From NCBI RefSeq assembly GCF_021028975.2, contig NC_059429.1, positions 81,096,001 to 81,160,000 of the forward strand: a stretch of 64,000 nt of DNA, written 5' to 3'. Below, in pieces: positions 1 through 12,490 of this stretch (positions are counted from its first letter, which is position 1; the number at the start of each line of letters is the position of its first letter). Origin of the DNA: Sphaerodactylus townsendi (lineage: Eukaryota). Both the position numbers and the translations under genes were made by a program. The notes beneath the pieces are model-generated. The model was not told where the DNA came from and did not search any database. It saw nothing but the letters and a program-made list of their open reading frames with translations.

Positions 1-269
1 CGACCATTTCTCAGGCAGTGGCCATTGTCATCCAGATAGCGATACTCAGGCTTCAGAAAAGGTATAACTAGCAGTTATACATTCCAATGTGGGACTGGAG
101 GATTTGCCCAGCCATTCCTATAGGCACCCCAGTACAGACTCAGGAGATGGCATCCATCTTAGTCTGTATTGCCAAGGCACCTTCAGGGAAGACGTGTATA
201 ATGCTGCTTCCCAAAAGCAGGCTGCCATGTTCTACCACAGGTCTGTCTGGTAATGTGTATGTATAGATG

Positions 270-321
270 CACATGCGCACGCACGCACGCACACACACAC
301 ATACATACACACACATATACA
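270..321. repeat. (CGCA)n/(CA)n compound microsatellite
   Basis: Direct reading. Confidence 0.9.
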
Positions 322-1032
322 TTTTTAAGTGGGGCAGGATGCAAGAAGCAGCATTTGCCTCAAACTCCATTAACTTGGCCAGTCACATAAGTGCAGAGAT
401 CCATTCTTAGTGGGAGGATCAACAACTCCTCCTCTCCCTGATACTCTCAGACAGACCAGTCACTGGCAGAGGGCAGGGAAATGGGGATACTACTGCATTC
501 AGTAGCAGAAAGAAATAACAATATGCTCAGTTCAGGTTTCTAATTAGTGTTGCTAACTTTTTGTCAGAAGCCCTCTAATTTGAGTTCTAAAATCCATTAA
601 AAAGGGGCGGATTCTTTTAAATGAGGGAGAACTGAACTTTCAACTGATTACAATATTAGGCTTATTTAACCTTTCAGCTTTCAAAACAAAATCTATTGTT
701 TATAGCGTACTGGAACTTTGGGATTTCCTCCTCAGGGAGATTGGTCTGTCTCCCTTTATTGGTATCTTGCACCAGTGGAATGTTTTGTTTTGTTTGACAT
801 ACCCCCAATAACAGTTATTGGCCCTCTTCCCTGATTCTGTTTTTAGATGTTCATTGAATTATTTTATAATTTTAACATTGTTTTTAATTGTCTAATATTT
901 CAATGTTTTCATATTTACCCCCTTGGAGACCCTAACTGGTTAGAAAGATGGCACTTAAAAGTTTTAAATAAATAAATAACAAACTAGATTCTCACATCAG
1001 ATATAGATGGTTTTTGAGAGAAATATATGCAT

Positions 1033-1322
1033 TGTATTGTCAAAGGCTTTCACGGCCGGATTCAACTGGTTGTGGTGGGTTTTCTGGGCTGTGTGGCCGT
1101 GGTCCAGTGGATCTTGTTCCTAACGTTTCGCCTGCATCTGTGGATACCCGAGGACATGACAATTTATACCCCACTAAAACATTCCCGTCTCACTGGACAG
1201 AGTGTGTAACAGACTTCCCTCTGTGATACACCTCAGAAGATGCCAGCCACAGATGCAGGCGAAATGTTAGGAACAAGATCCACTGGGCCCCGGCCACACA
1301 GCCCGGAAAACCCATCACAATC
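1033..1322 (-). mobile_element. Penelope-like element remnant with inverted pseudo-LTRs
   Basis: Same tail (tgtattgtcaaaggctttcacggccgg), inverted arms ~1070-1143 / 1246-1320, TSD aaata(t/c)atgcat. The hammerhead at 1231-1272 has a mutated core (CAGAAGA). Confidence 0.82.
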
Positions 1323-3132
1323 AAATACATGCATGTTTTCCCCCTCACTGACAGAGAGTACACTGGGAAACAAGGAGGCCCCGCAAATCAGCTTTCAGTT
1401 CCCTGGCCATGGTAAAATAAAGTCTGGCATGCCAGGAACGGTTCTGCTTACAGTGTCAAGTAATTTCACAGAACAGACAAAATATGTCAGCAGGCTTTTA
1501 AGCTAATGGTGGGGTTCAGAGCACACAATATTGATGATATTGGCATTTAATATGATACAGAGCTTTCCCCCAGTTCTTTTAAAACTGCTGAGAAGCATCT
1601 ATCATGACTGAGTTTTGTGGGATGGGTCACTTTCTGGCAGAAGTTCAGAAGATGCTCCTCAGAAATGGGATTAAGATGCCACTGGACCTACATGCTCACC
1701 TCAAATGACTACTTCTTGGAAATAAGGGGAATTATACCATAATATTGGATGTTAACTTAAACCAGATGTTATGAGGAAGAGACATGAGGTGGTAGCAGTT
1801 CCATATCTTTGACAGGTCTCCTGAGCTCAAAACAGCATTTGTAGTGCCAAAAGAGATTTTTTTCCCCTCAGGTTATTTGGCTGAGGTCGTGGAAGTAGTT
1901 GTCTTTCCATATAAAATAGGAGTTACATGACTTTGGAGTGCTTTTCAGTGCCACACAACTATGAATCTATGAAAAGTTCATTTATATTAAGATAGGCTTC
2001 CAGCTTGATAATATCTGGCTGATGGCCTGTAACTCTGTGGGAACCTATTCTGCTTTCATTGATCGCTTTGCATTGCTGCCTTGTAATTTCACAATACAAA
2101 AAGGTCTTTGGCCTTTAAATTCCTTGCAAATTCTGAGCAGTTCCATTAGCTTACTGTGGAATTGAATCAGGTGCCAGGATCACGGAGCAAATCTCAGCCG
2201 CTCAACCACTCCCCTCTCTCCCCTTTTGATTGGTATTCTTTCTTTCATTCCCCAGCTCTCACTTCCTCCACAGACCAAGCAGAGCACCGTCAAATTGATT
2301 TCTCTTTCATAATTTCTTCCTTGGCTATGCTGTTTTCCCAAGAGATGAATGAGCATCTCTACAGGAGCATCTAGGAGGCAAATGATTATGGTAACACAAT
2401 CCCTCAACATATGGATCCAGGTAGGGCTCAGAGTGACTTGTCTAAAGTCATATTATGCGCTTGCAAAAATCGAGGAATTCAAATTTCTTGCTTTTCTTTT
2501 ATTAGTTTTTCCTTTCTCAGATTCTTTCCCTTCCCTTTTTCTCTTTACTTTTGTCTCTCCTTTCCTCCTTCAGTTCCCCCTCCTAATTCTCTATCCTCTT
2601 TCCCCAGCCAATTCTTTGCTTATACCTGAGGCTTATTGATTCTGCCATATAAAATGTTGCTATTTATGGATGCTTCTTTAGGACAACAACTTTCATCTCA
2701 TTTGTTACATTCATGAAAAACAAAGCTTATTTGATGCAATCCGCTGGCTCCAGAGAATAGCTCAGTAGAATTCTCCCATGCAGCCTTTGGCCTTACACCT
2801 CTTATATCTCTGCCTTTCTGCATCAAATACCCATCCCCTCAACCCTTAGCCTAAACCTTTGCACTTTTCACATATTCAGTCCTGAGAAAACTGCAAGAAA
2901 ACAGCTTAGAGATTATGGTCTTACCTCTGGCTTTGGAAAATAATATGCTGCGCTACTCTCTGTTTTAAATGCTGCAACACATTATTTACTATATCAATTA
3001 CTGAGAAATCTAGTCAAATATTGAGAGTTCCAATATGGCAGAAAGCACTTCCAAATCTCTTCCAGGTTTACAGATACATACACTTTGCAAGCTTTTATTA
3101 TGGAAGCTGATGGTAGTCAGACTCTTGGTAGC

Positions 3133-3295
3133 TAGGGTTGCCTGATGAATAGAGAAAAAAATGTCCTGTCCATTTAACAGAGGCTTAATAGGATGTTGTT
3201 TACCCCAACCCAATCTTTTCTAATCTTGGGGGCTCTTAAAAGGAGAGCCACCTGCAGCTGTAATAAAAATTAAGTGCCTCTACCTTTAAAAAACA
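3133..3295 (-). mobile_element. Same MITE family, degraded copy
   Basis: tagggttgcc..tgtcctgtccatttaacagaggcttaataggatgttgttta is the reverse complement of the family's 3' arm. Confidence 0.5.
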
Positions 3296-3899
3296 GCCTC
3301 TCAGGGTCTTACGGGGTAGGTGGGCAAACTTAAGTGCTGTGTGCAAATGTGCCAAAGCATTTTTGCTTTTAAAAAGGGATGTAGCTGGCAATTCTGAATT
3401 GATTGTGAAAAAAGCTGATCTCCACCCTGCACCACCCCCCCCCCCGCTTTTTTAGGAGTGGTATTTGCCAGCTTCTGCTTAAAGGCAGGCACTGTTTTTG
3501 TCAGCTAAAAGCCAGAAATTACAGATAAAGTATTTTTCAGCATATTTTTGGGTTCAGCTTTATTGAATGTACACTTCTAAAGAGCTACATGAAAAATTTG
3601 GTATTTCTATGAGATTAACAGTATTAACTCAGCATCCTCATTGTGATGACATCCAGATACCAGGTCTAGAAACTAATGACTTAAATTTCACACTCAACAA
3701 ACTTTTGTCCTCCCATACCTTTACTATTATTATTCTTGTATATATAATTGAGGACTTTCTAATTTTTAGTGAGTGCAATACCTGGATTCAGGTGCCACCT
3801 TGCATTCCTTTGACCTCTTACAAGAGGATTATAGGCTTGAAAGGAGCACATGGCAGGCTTTATGAAAATAACTAAGAAACAGGTCTACTTCATTGGTAT

Positions 3900-4838
3900 G
3901 GTGGATTTCACACAGCATAATAATTATGGGTTCCATCTGTTAATTTTGAATTCAGGTCCTTTTATTCCGTTTTTGTCCTTTGCATGGGTGCCCATTTTCC
4001 ATGAAGGAATTACATTTAGTTCGGGGGGGAGGGATCCTTTTTCTTTCTACCCCTTTGCATGAACCTGCTTTTTTTCATTGCAAACATAGGTACTCAGACA
4101 CAAACATCCCATTTTTCCTGCATTCTGAGTGGCTGTCACATCACCACAGCCCCACTTTCACCTGTTCTCGCCCTCTGCTAAGGAAACACTTCTGATTGGT
4201 TTAAAATCTAAACTACAGCAACCCCGGGGGCCCAAGCACCCCCCCCCATTTCTCCAGCATGGAAAAAACGTTTAGGGCATTAAAACCATGACACGTGTAA
4301 ACATGAAGCATGCAACCCCCACTCCTTGATGTTGCGATGTACAAATTAATAAAATCTACCCAAAAAGGGAGCAAAGCAATATGTCCCATCCACATCCAAA
4401 GATGTGCATCTGCCTAGCTACCTGCTTTGAGCACCCAAAGAATAAAAAAGAAAAGGAATGGGGCCATTACTCACAATGTGACTCCGTTCCTGTGCACATT
4501 TGGGTGAAATGGTGTTCACAGTCACTGCCATGGGGAGAAAACGTGCTTGGGGGCTGTTTTGGAAATGGTGGGCTATCACATTGGCTGGCAGCTCAACAGA
4601 AACAAAACTGACATGACGTAAGGCGGGAGAATGGGCCCGTGCTGTTTGCTTGGGAGCAGGTTCAACCTGGGTTTTTGCAGAAACATTGCAATTTTGGCGA
4701 TTTTTGAAAAAACCAGATTGAAGGAAATATAATGGACCAATGCTGGTTTGAAAAAAAAGGGACCTATATGAAGTTCTTCCCCAAACCAGGATATTTCCCT
4801 TTGTGAACCTGTTATAGTTCTACCGTGCAGAATCCACC
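3900..4838. mobile_element. Harbinger-like non-autonomous element
   Basis: TIR ggtggatttcacac / gtgcagaatccacc; interior resembles 55390-55760 and 8400-8560. No clear TSD. Confidence 0.65.
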
Positions 4839-5402
4839 AAAGTATAGCTTGATTGTTTCTTTGTTTTCCTTTATTCCATCTCTCTCCATATTACAATAAC
4901 AAAGCTTACTGAAGAGCTGAAGTCTGAGAAACATATCAGTTACAAAGAAGCCTTCTTGTTTAATTCAGACATATAAAACAGAAAGACTGAATTTTTTACA
5001 TTTTCAACAGCAAGAGCACTCAAACCTTCACAACATAGAACACATAGAAAACTTTTAACCATTTCATCAGGAACAGAACCCAAACCTTTATAACATAGAG
5101 CTTTCCCTTTTTAAACTGATTCCTGGCCTAACCAGCAGATCTTCTCCAGGCAAAATCCACCAATTCCCATCAGTTGGCCAGCAATTAAATTGCCAAACCC
5201 CTCCTTTTTCCCCCCGCTTCAGCTTTCCAACCTATTGTCTGAAAGTGTTTGGCTGAGATTTCTGGAGGGTGGGAACTTGAAACAGTCTGTCACACTCAGA
5301 AATTCCTAGAAAACTGTTCACATCTGTGCTAGTGGCCTAGCACACTTCCAGTAGAAGCTATAGTAAGTGGTAGTAGTAGAAGACACTTACCTTATGCAAA
5401 AA

Positions 5403-5421
5403 TGCCAGTAGAGGGCAGCAA
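5403..5421 (+). promoter_or_regulatory. CTCF binding motif
   Basis: tgCCAGTAGAGGGCAGCaa matches the CCASYAGRKGGCRS consensus, in apparently unique DNA. Confidence 0.6.
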
Positions 5422-7149
5422 AGTTTCACCCTCTCCAAGTAAGGACAGCCTTGCTGGCTGGCTTCTTGTTTATGGCTCAGTGACTTTTAAAATACTTCTG
5501 TTTACCTCAGATTGTCCCAAGTTAGCTACCTTCTCAGAAGTCTATTTTGGATCAATTCTGTGAGACCACTTGTTTACTGATAAACAGAGACTAATTGATG
5601 AAGCAGGGACATGTATTTTTAAAAAAATTAAATGCCCAGGGTCAATGCAATAGATGCTCCATTTTTATCAATATATGCTTGCTTAAAATCATCTTGAGTA
5701 TTTGTATTTGGCGAACCTAGACTGATAATTTGTTACTGGAAATTTCTCTCAACTGACATTGCCATTACCAGAAATATGGATCCTACATGACGTTCTGCTG
5801 AAATCTCAAGCAATGAAAACTCCTAAGGTCTACCACGATATCTGATTGCATGTATTATTCCTGTTTTGTCTTTTGCTAGCCTCAAGAAAATTGTTTTCCC
5901 TGACTAAACACATTCATATCAAGATGTAACTCTTATACCACCTTGTATTGCTGGCAAAGGTTAAATTAAAACCTCAGTCTCCAGATCAACAATGCCATTT
6001 CAAACACATTTCGTTAAAAGGTATATGCATGTTTACTTTGTGGGCATAACAAGTCAGGGCTGTATGTTTTGCACTTTTGATCATTCACAAAATCTTTCTG
6101 TAGTAAAGTATTTGCAATCTGGACCCAAATATTGAGCTCACTAGGCAAATCTGGCAAGGGTAAAATAGAGAGACAAGTGAAACAGCCTCCCTTTATCACA
6201 TACAGTAAAGATCATGGATGAGAAACAAGGAAAGGAGAAGGAGTGCAAAATATATATATGCAGAACATTTCCATCCAATTTGAAAAATTCAGAAAACAAT
6301 CACAATTTAGAAAGTTGGAGGGTCCAATTTGTGGGCAAACTATGATCTGGACAGAGGGGCAATTGAGAACCCTGACTCAGGTTAAGAATTTAGTCAGATA
6401 GATTTCATTGATTTCTACTGGAAACACACTTCTTGCTGTACTTCCCCCTCCCCCCTCCAAGGTGGGATGAATTTTTCAGAGACTGTACCCCTCACCCAAG
6501 AAAGTATCCCAGCCAAAATCCAGAAAGACAGGAAAAACATCTTCATTCAAAATGTTACTTATAGAACAGGCATGAAAAAGTATGAACTGGTATGTTAATA
6601 TGCCTTTCTCTCTGTCTCTGGGATACTCAGTGGGGAGTATTAAAAATATATATAGTGTAGCTGAGTGGAGCCAAACCTGATACCCTTCCTTCCTGTGTCT
6701 GATATTTTCAGCATTTCCCCCCGCAGCCTGATTCTTTCAAGTCAAGATTAAAAAAACAAAATCTTCAAGCAGTATGTATTTTGGTTTCACTTAAAAGAGA
6801 CTTCACCTCACCACTGTTCCGTTTACATAAAAAGGGAAGTTCTGACTGACTTTTTCCCTTAGCAACAGAACAGGGGAGGGGACATGAATATTATCTGCAA
6901 TGGGCAAGAGATGTAGAGGCTTAGGGCTCTTTCACGAAATTGTAGGCATTGAAAGATCTCAGATGCTGACCCAGCAGTTCTTTTGTAAATAGAAAGATGA
7001 TCTGAGCCTTTGTCAGCAGTGATTTCTCATATCTTCTGAGGTTTGCTGTGTGCATGTGCCTTCTTTTGGCAGTGGATAAAGCCTTCGCCTCTTGCTTCTG
7101 CCTTCCAAGTCTGTTTTTGGACGGGCATACTGAATACCCCTGACCTGGA

Positions 7150-7530
7150 AAGCCCAGGTTGGTCTGATCTCATAAGATCTCAGAAGCTAAGCCAGTATTT
7201 AGATGGGCTAGTATTTAGATGGGCAACCTCCGAGGGTCATAATGTGGAGCCAGGCAAACCACCTTTGAATACCTCTTGTTTTGAAAACTGTAATTCAGCT
7301 ATGTGCCTTGATGGCAGCATACAAAATCCAAATACTGAATATTGGGATGTGAAATAGCGAAGTATAGCTTGATCTTCTCAGATCTCAGAAGCTAAGTAGG
7401 GTCAGCACTTGGATGGGAGACCACCAAAGGGCTTTGCAGAGGAAGGCAATGGCAAACTATCTCTGCTTAATCATTTGCCTGGAATTCCCCTGGGCTCTCC
7501 ATAAGTCTGCTGCAACTTGATGGCCCTTTA
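7150..7530 (+). mobile_element. Two adjacent 5S rRNA-derived SINEs with RTE/BovB-like tail
   Basis: gatctcagaagctaag..cttggatgggagaccacc (5S internal promoter region) followed by gaggaaggcaatggcaaac. Confidence 0.8.
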
Positions 7531-10120
7531 CACATACACACACTGAATATCATGAGGACTGTAGGTTAGGCACCTGCCTCTGCTGTCCTTTGTCCTTGTT
7601 TGCCTTTCAGCAAATAAAAGCACAGTGTTTTCTTCTGCATGGCATTCAGACAGCCTGGCGCTGCTTACATATTTTATGTGCAGGGAAGACAGCATCTCGG
7701 CACATCTGCACTGCAAAGACTCACATTTTCCAATACATGCCATATAGGCTGACTGGTAGGCTGACTGGTTGGCTGCCTTGATTTACAGAGAGTGTTAACA
7801 TAGGCTCTCCCCATCTTCCTAGCAAACTCAAAACTCCAGATAATGGAAAAGCTCAAATAGGACATTTTTATATATTGTCAGAAAATCATCCAGGGCTAAT
7901 GAAATAAGGCAACAATCAATCGAAAAATGGGAACAATGGGAACAATGAACACAAAAATGCCAGCTGGGATTATTGTGCTCTCAGTGGTCAATTGCTCACA
8001 GTAAACGTATAACAGGTTGCATTTGATATAAAGGAACCCATTTTCCTTTTCCCTGTTCACAGGGGTTCCATGCAGGCATCCTGCATGCTGGACTGCTTCA
8101 TCAGTGACACGTGTTTACTTCAGCCTGAAGTGACTGGAGCCTATGGAAACAATCTGGGGTGTTTCCATGCCTTTGCACTGAGATACTTCTCTTTTTTTAA
8201 AAAAATCCTGCAATACATGCATAGCTGTGCAGGCATACAGAAATGAATCCCCGCAGCCATGCCAAACATCCCACTATCCAATCAGCTGCAGCTGTGGAGC
8301 ATGCAGAATAAAAAAAGAAGGTGCTTCCCTGCATGGCAGGGCAATGCTGAATGTATTGCTGTAGCAGGCAGATTCTCTGTGACTGTGGACAGCATGGAGG
8401 AAGAGAGGAAAATAAAGCGCCTCCTGCCTGGCCGTTTATGTGGGAGCGGCTCCAACCTGGGATTTTTGCAACAGGATCGCTGGTTTAGTAATTTTTGAAA
8501 ATCCCAGGTTGAGAGAAATAAAATGGGGCAGGCTCATTTTGGGGATGGGACCTGTGATAAGTCCCCCCCCCAAAAACAGTTTGTTTTGTGTCTCCTTCAC
8601 CTGTCGTATTTGCCTACCAATGTGTCTCTGTCACGCCCATAACCACTGATTCCAAAATCATTGTCTCCCTTCATTTTTTCATTCTCTTCTGCCTGCCTCA
8701 AGAAACTGACACCAGACAGCAAAAAGCCATTGTTCGGGAAAATTTGGGTCCATGCCTAAATGTTCCAAATAATTTTGTTCAGGCTCAGAGAAGTTCTGAT
8801 ATTTATGAATGACCCTTATTTGGATCAATGTTAACACTGTTCATACAATCTTTCGGAGTCATATCCAGTAGCAGAGGTTTATAGGAAACAAAATTCTTCA
8901 TCATGGGTCTGTGTGTGGAAAAGATACATTTCTTCTGTACTTTTTCCATAGGTAGATGTTTATGGAATAGTTTTCAAATGCAAATCTGTGATCACAAAAT
9001 ATTTCACAATGAGTTGTTAAATTTGTTTACTATGGTGAAGTTTTAGAATGCCAACATTAAACACCTTGTAATACCTGCTTCTGTAATGAAGAAAGGAAAT
9101 TCAACCATATTCAGAGGGACCTATTCAGTTTTGTTGCATTGTGTTAGAAGTATGTACAGATGCTAATCTTATGTGACAGAGCATCTGCTTCTATCCTAAA
9201 TCGTTGTATAGTGACAAGAAATTAAGTCCAGGAGAATACCATTGTCATCTAGAGCTAGATGGTAGATTCAAATGAATGGAAAAGCCAGTGTTGAAATTTA
9301 ATCAGGGTGCTCAGCAACTAATGGAGCAATATTTGCATTGCTGCTCTCACTGCCACACACATCAAACTTGCTGAGATTGCAACTCTAACTTTGCTTGAAT
9401 TTTAAAAATTCCTATATTTAGCAATTATTGTTGTGGGTGTTGTTTTTGTTTTAGACTTGCCAACCTCCAGGTGGGGTCTGGAAATCTTCCAAAATTACAA
9501 CTGATCTCTTTTTTTCAGGTGGCAAATACATTTTTGGCTGCAACTTTGAAGGGACCTTCTCTGCTAAATTTCATGGATGTAGAAGAAAGTGTCTTCATTT
9601 GAGCAGCATTTTAATTCTTGCTTGCAAAGCAGGCAGAGGCACAGTTTAGTTGGGTTCAGGGAAGCATTTGGTGCCCAAATTAACATACATCAGCCCCAAC
9701 AGCTTTCATTTGGCAAACTGAAAAAGCAAGCAAAATTACAGAGGGACCAGAGGGAAGCTTGAACATCTCAATAAAGACAGGGTGTGCACAGAAGTCTGAG
9801 TGAGCACAGAGGCTTGCATTTGAGTGCCCCAAGGAAGAAAAGCAGAAACAGAGAAGACACCTTGTATTGAGCACCCTAAGAAAGACAGGCCAAATCACAG
9901 AGTTGGCACAAGGAGGAAAAGACACATAGCAAGAGTGAGTATTGAGAGATGTGTATTTTTCAGGCAGCAAGTGTGAGTGCTAAAAGGAAAAGTAACATAG
10001 GAATAATAGTATTGGTGAAGCAGGATAACAATTCTCTAACCAGGCTTGTTAGATTTCCCACCCTTTACTCCAGAGTCTGAGCTGAGCATATGGTGGAATG
10101 TAAGCACTATCCCTCAGCCC

Positions 10121-11191
10121 TGTTACTATCCCCTGTAGGTCAAGCAATGTTATTTTCTGACAAACTCCCACTCAAGGCACACTAAGTACTATAACACAGA
10201 AGCAGATTTCAAACAAAACAGAATGAAGTTTATTAACAGAGAGGAGATAGGAAAGGGAAATAACTTGGATGGAAGGAATGGATAAGGCATATCAGGCAGG
10301 AGGAATACACACAAAACAGTTTTGGCAAAGATTTTTGGTTTTTGGTTTTGGCAGAGGCTTATTTAGTTTCCTTGGCTTTCAGTTTTAGTTGCTTAGATGT
10401 TATAGAGATTTCCTTGATGGTAAAGTTACAGAACTTCATTTGATGGTACAGTTACAGAACTTACTGGTTTATGGATATTACACTGGGCTCTATCAGGCTT
10501 GGTGCTTCTCAGTACCCATTCTCAACCTTCACTTTAATAGAAAACCTTAAAATAAACACAAATCTGTCTTCAGAGACAAAACAAAGCAAAAGCTCCAATA
10601 CTCCAGACTAACTGGTCCCTTGAATTCTTCTTCCCTCACTCTGGAAGATTTATTCCCTCTCAGGTTTAAATATAGCTCCTGTGGAAAGACACTCTTCCAC
10701 CTTCAGCTTGGCCCTCAATAAACCCACCAACAGTTCTCTCAGTCTGGGTATTAATTTGCTTTCACTCACAGCCTAGGCTGTAACCAGTAGAACAAGTCAG
10801 ATCCACACTACTGCCTGAACTACCTCCTCACAGAGAAGATAAGTTATCACAGTAAAGGCACTCGGATGTTTACCCATACAGAACAAAATTCCCCCCTCAA
10901 AGGCCTTCAAATTGTTCTTGTCAGGGAGTTATCCTCTTTCTTCTCTGTGTCATACAGTTTCTAAACCAATCTGTGTGCAGGTTATCCTGTTCAATCAGGT
11001 GGCTTCCCTGTTCCTAAGGCCATTATTCCTCACTCTGAAATGTAAACACCCTAGCTCTGACAGACCTGCACTTTTTAAAATCACACTTTTTCCTCTGCAA
11101 TCCATCACAGACCCTAAGAGGTTTTCAAAGAACCGAATTAATGGGAAAGGATATGCTAGAACTAGCAGTAAAGATTAGAGGAAATCTTACA
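10121..11191 (-). mobile_element. Probable solo LTR
   Basis: TGT..TTACA termini and a minus-strand AATAAA near 10229; no TSD found. Confidence 0.45.
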
Positions 11192-11647
11192 CACTAGCAT
11201 ACTTGCAAGTAAATCACACCATAATATATCTATTCACACTAAAACACACTTTATGAAAAGATGGTTTGTGGAAACACAGATGTGGTAAATATCCATATTC
11301 CTGTGGGTGTGTAGGAAGGTGGTACATTCACCGTTGCATCTACTACTTAGCCATGTGAAAAGTGGTGGGGAAATGTCATCTTTTGATGGCTTTTTCATGC
11401 CCAAATTGGTCACATCAATCAGGTTTTAGGCATATCTCATCTCTGCTCTAAGAGATTTGTGGCTGATGCCTCATTATTCATAGCCTGCATGACTGAAAAG
11501 GTGTTAAATGTATGAATTCACCTGGAAAAAATCATTAGGAAAGTGAGTGTCAATATGGTTATGAAGAAAGACAAACAGGCCCCCAATAGCTAGATTGTAT
11601 CCCCAGGTAGAAAAAAAAAATTGAAACAGGATTATAGAGAAGGTAGT

Positions 11648-12490
11648 GGTGGATTCTGCACAACACAAATATAATGTCTTTCAAACATTATTAAAAAATG
11701 TTTTGGGAAAGAACTTTGCATACTCTCTTCCCCCAAACGAGTTCAGCCCCTTATATTTCTCCCCCAAGCCGGGCTGAAGATGATTCCTGTCTGCTGAGAG
11801 AAAACCAGCAGGCAGAAGGCCGTGAAAGCCTTTGACAATCCTTTGGCAATACAGAAAACACTTTATTTCTCCCACCCAAACCTCTTACTTTAGTTTTTCC
11901 TGCTTGTGCCTGCCATTTTGTGCGCTACAGCAGATTCTCTATCAAGATTCCCGACAGGAGTTTCCTCTGCTAGCAGCTCATCTGCGCATGATTTTTCTGT
12001 GAAATGTAGATGAATAAAGTTTGTTTTGCTTAGCGATCCTATGCACATGTAGTTTTTTCTTTTTTTCATTTTGAGGGGGATGTCTGTGAAGCAATGGCAA
12101 CACAAATATTTGCATATTGCAGCTTCTCTAATTGTGTCATCGTGGCTTTGCAGACATCCTCCTCAAAACAAAAAAGGGGGAAATTATGTTACACAGGATC
12201 ATTAGGCAAAACAAACTTTATTCATCTACTTTTTGCAGTAAAATCATGCACGGATGAGCTGCAAGCAGAGGAAACCTCCATGGGGAATCTTCACAAAGAA
12301 TCTGCAGCAGTACACAAAATTACAAGTGCCATTGTTAAACTGACAAGAGCTCCATGCAGCAGGTGGGAAAAATGATGTAGTTTTGGCTGGCAGCACTTGT
12401 GTTCTTCCATGCTGTGGGAATACAAAATGGTGAAACAGATCTTTTTATAATGTTCTAAAGACGCTATATTTCTGCTGTGCAGAATGCACC
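11648..12490. mobile_element. Harbinger-like foldback MITE
   Basis: TIR ggtggattctgcaca / tgtgcagaatgcacc, 3-bp TSD agt, internal ~200 bp inverted arms (~11905-12108 / 12130-12332). Confidence 0.8.

Noticed and set aside
7360-7430. 5S rRNA gene
   Set aside because: Truncated, diverged and fused to a SINE tail; all such copies are SINEs.
9519-9602. Possible terminal exon after ttttttcag (VANTFLAATLKGP..)
   Set aside because: The acceptor abuts a MITE fragment, the peptide is unrecognised and there is no supporting upstream exon.
11890-12375. Pair of similar ORFs on opposite strands (GSLxKTNFIHL)
   Set aside because: Artefact of the inverted arms of a MITE.
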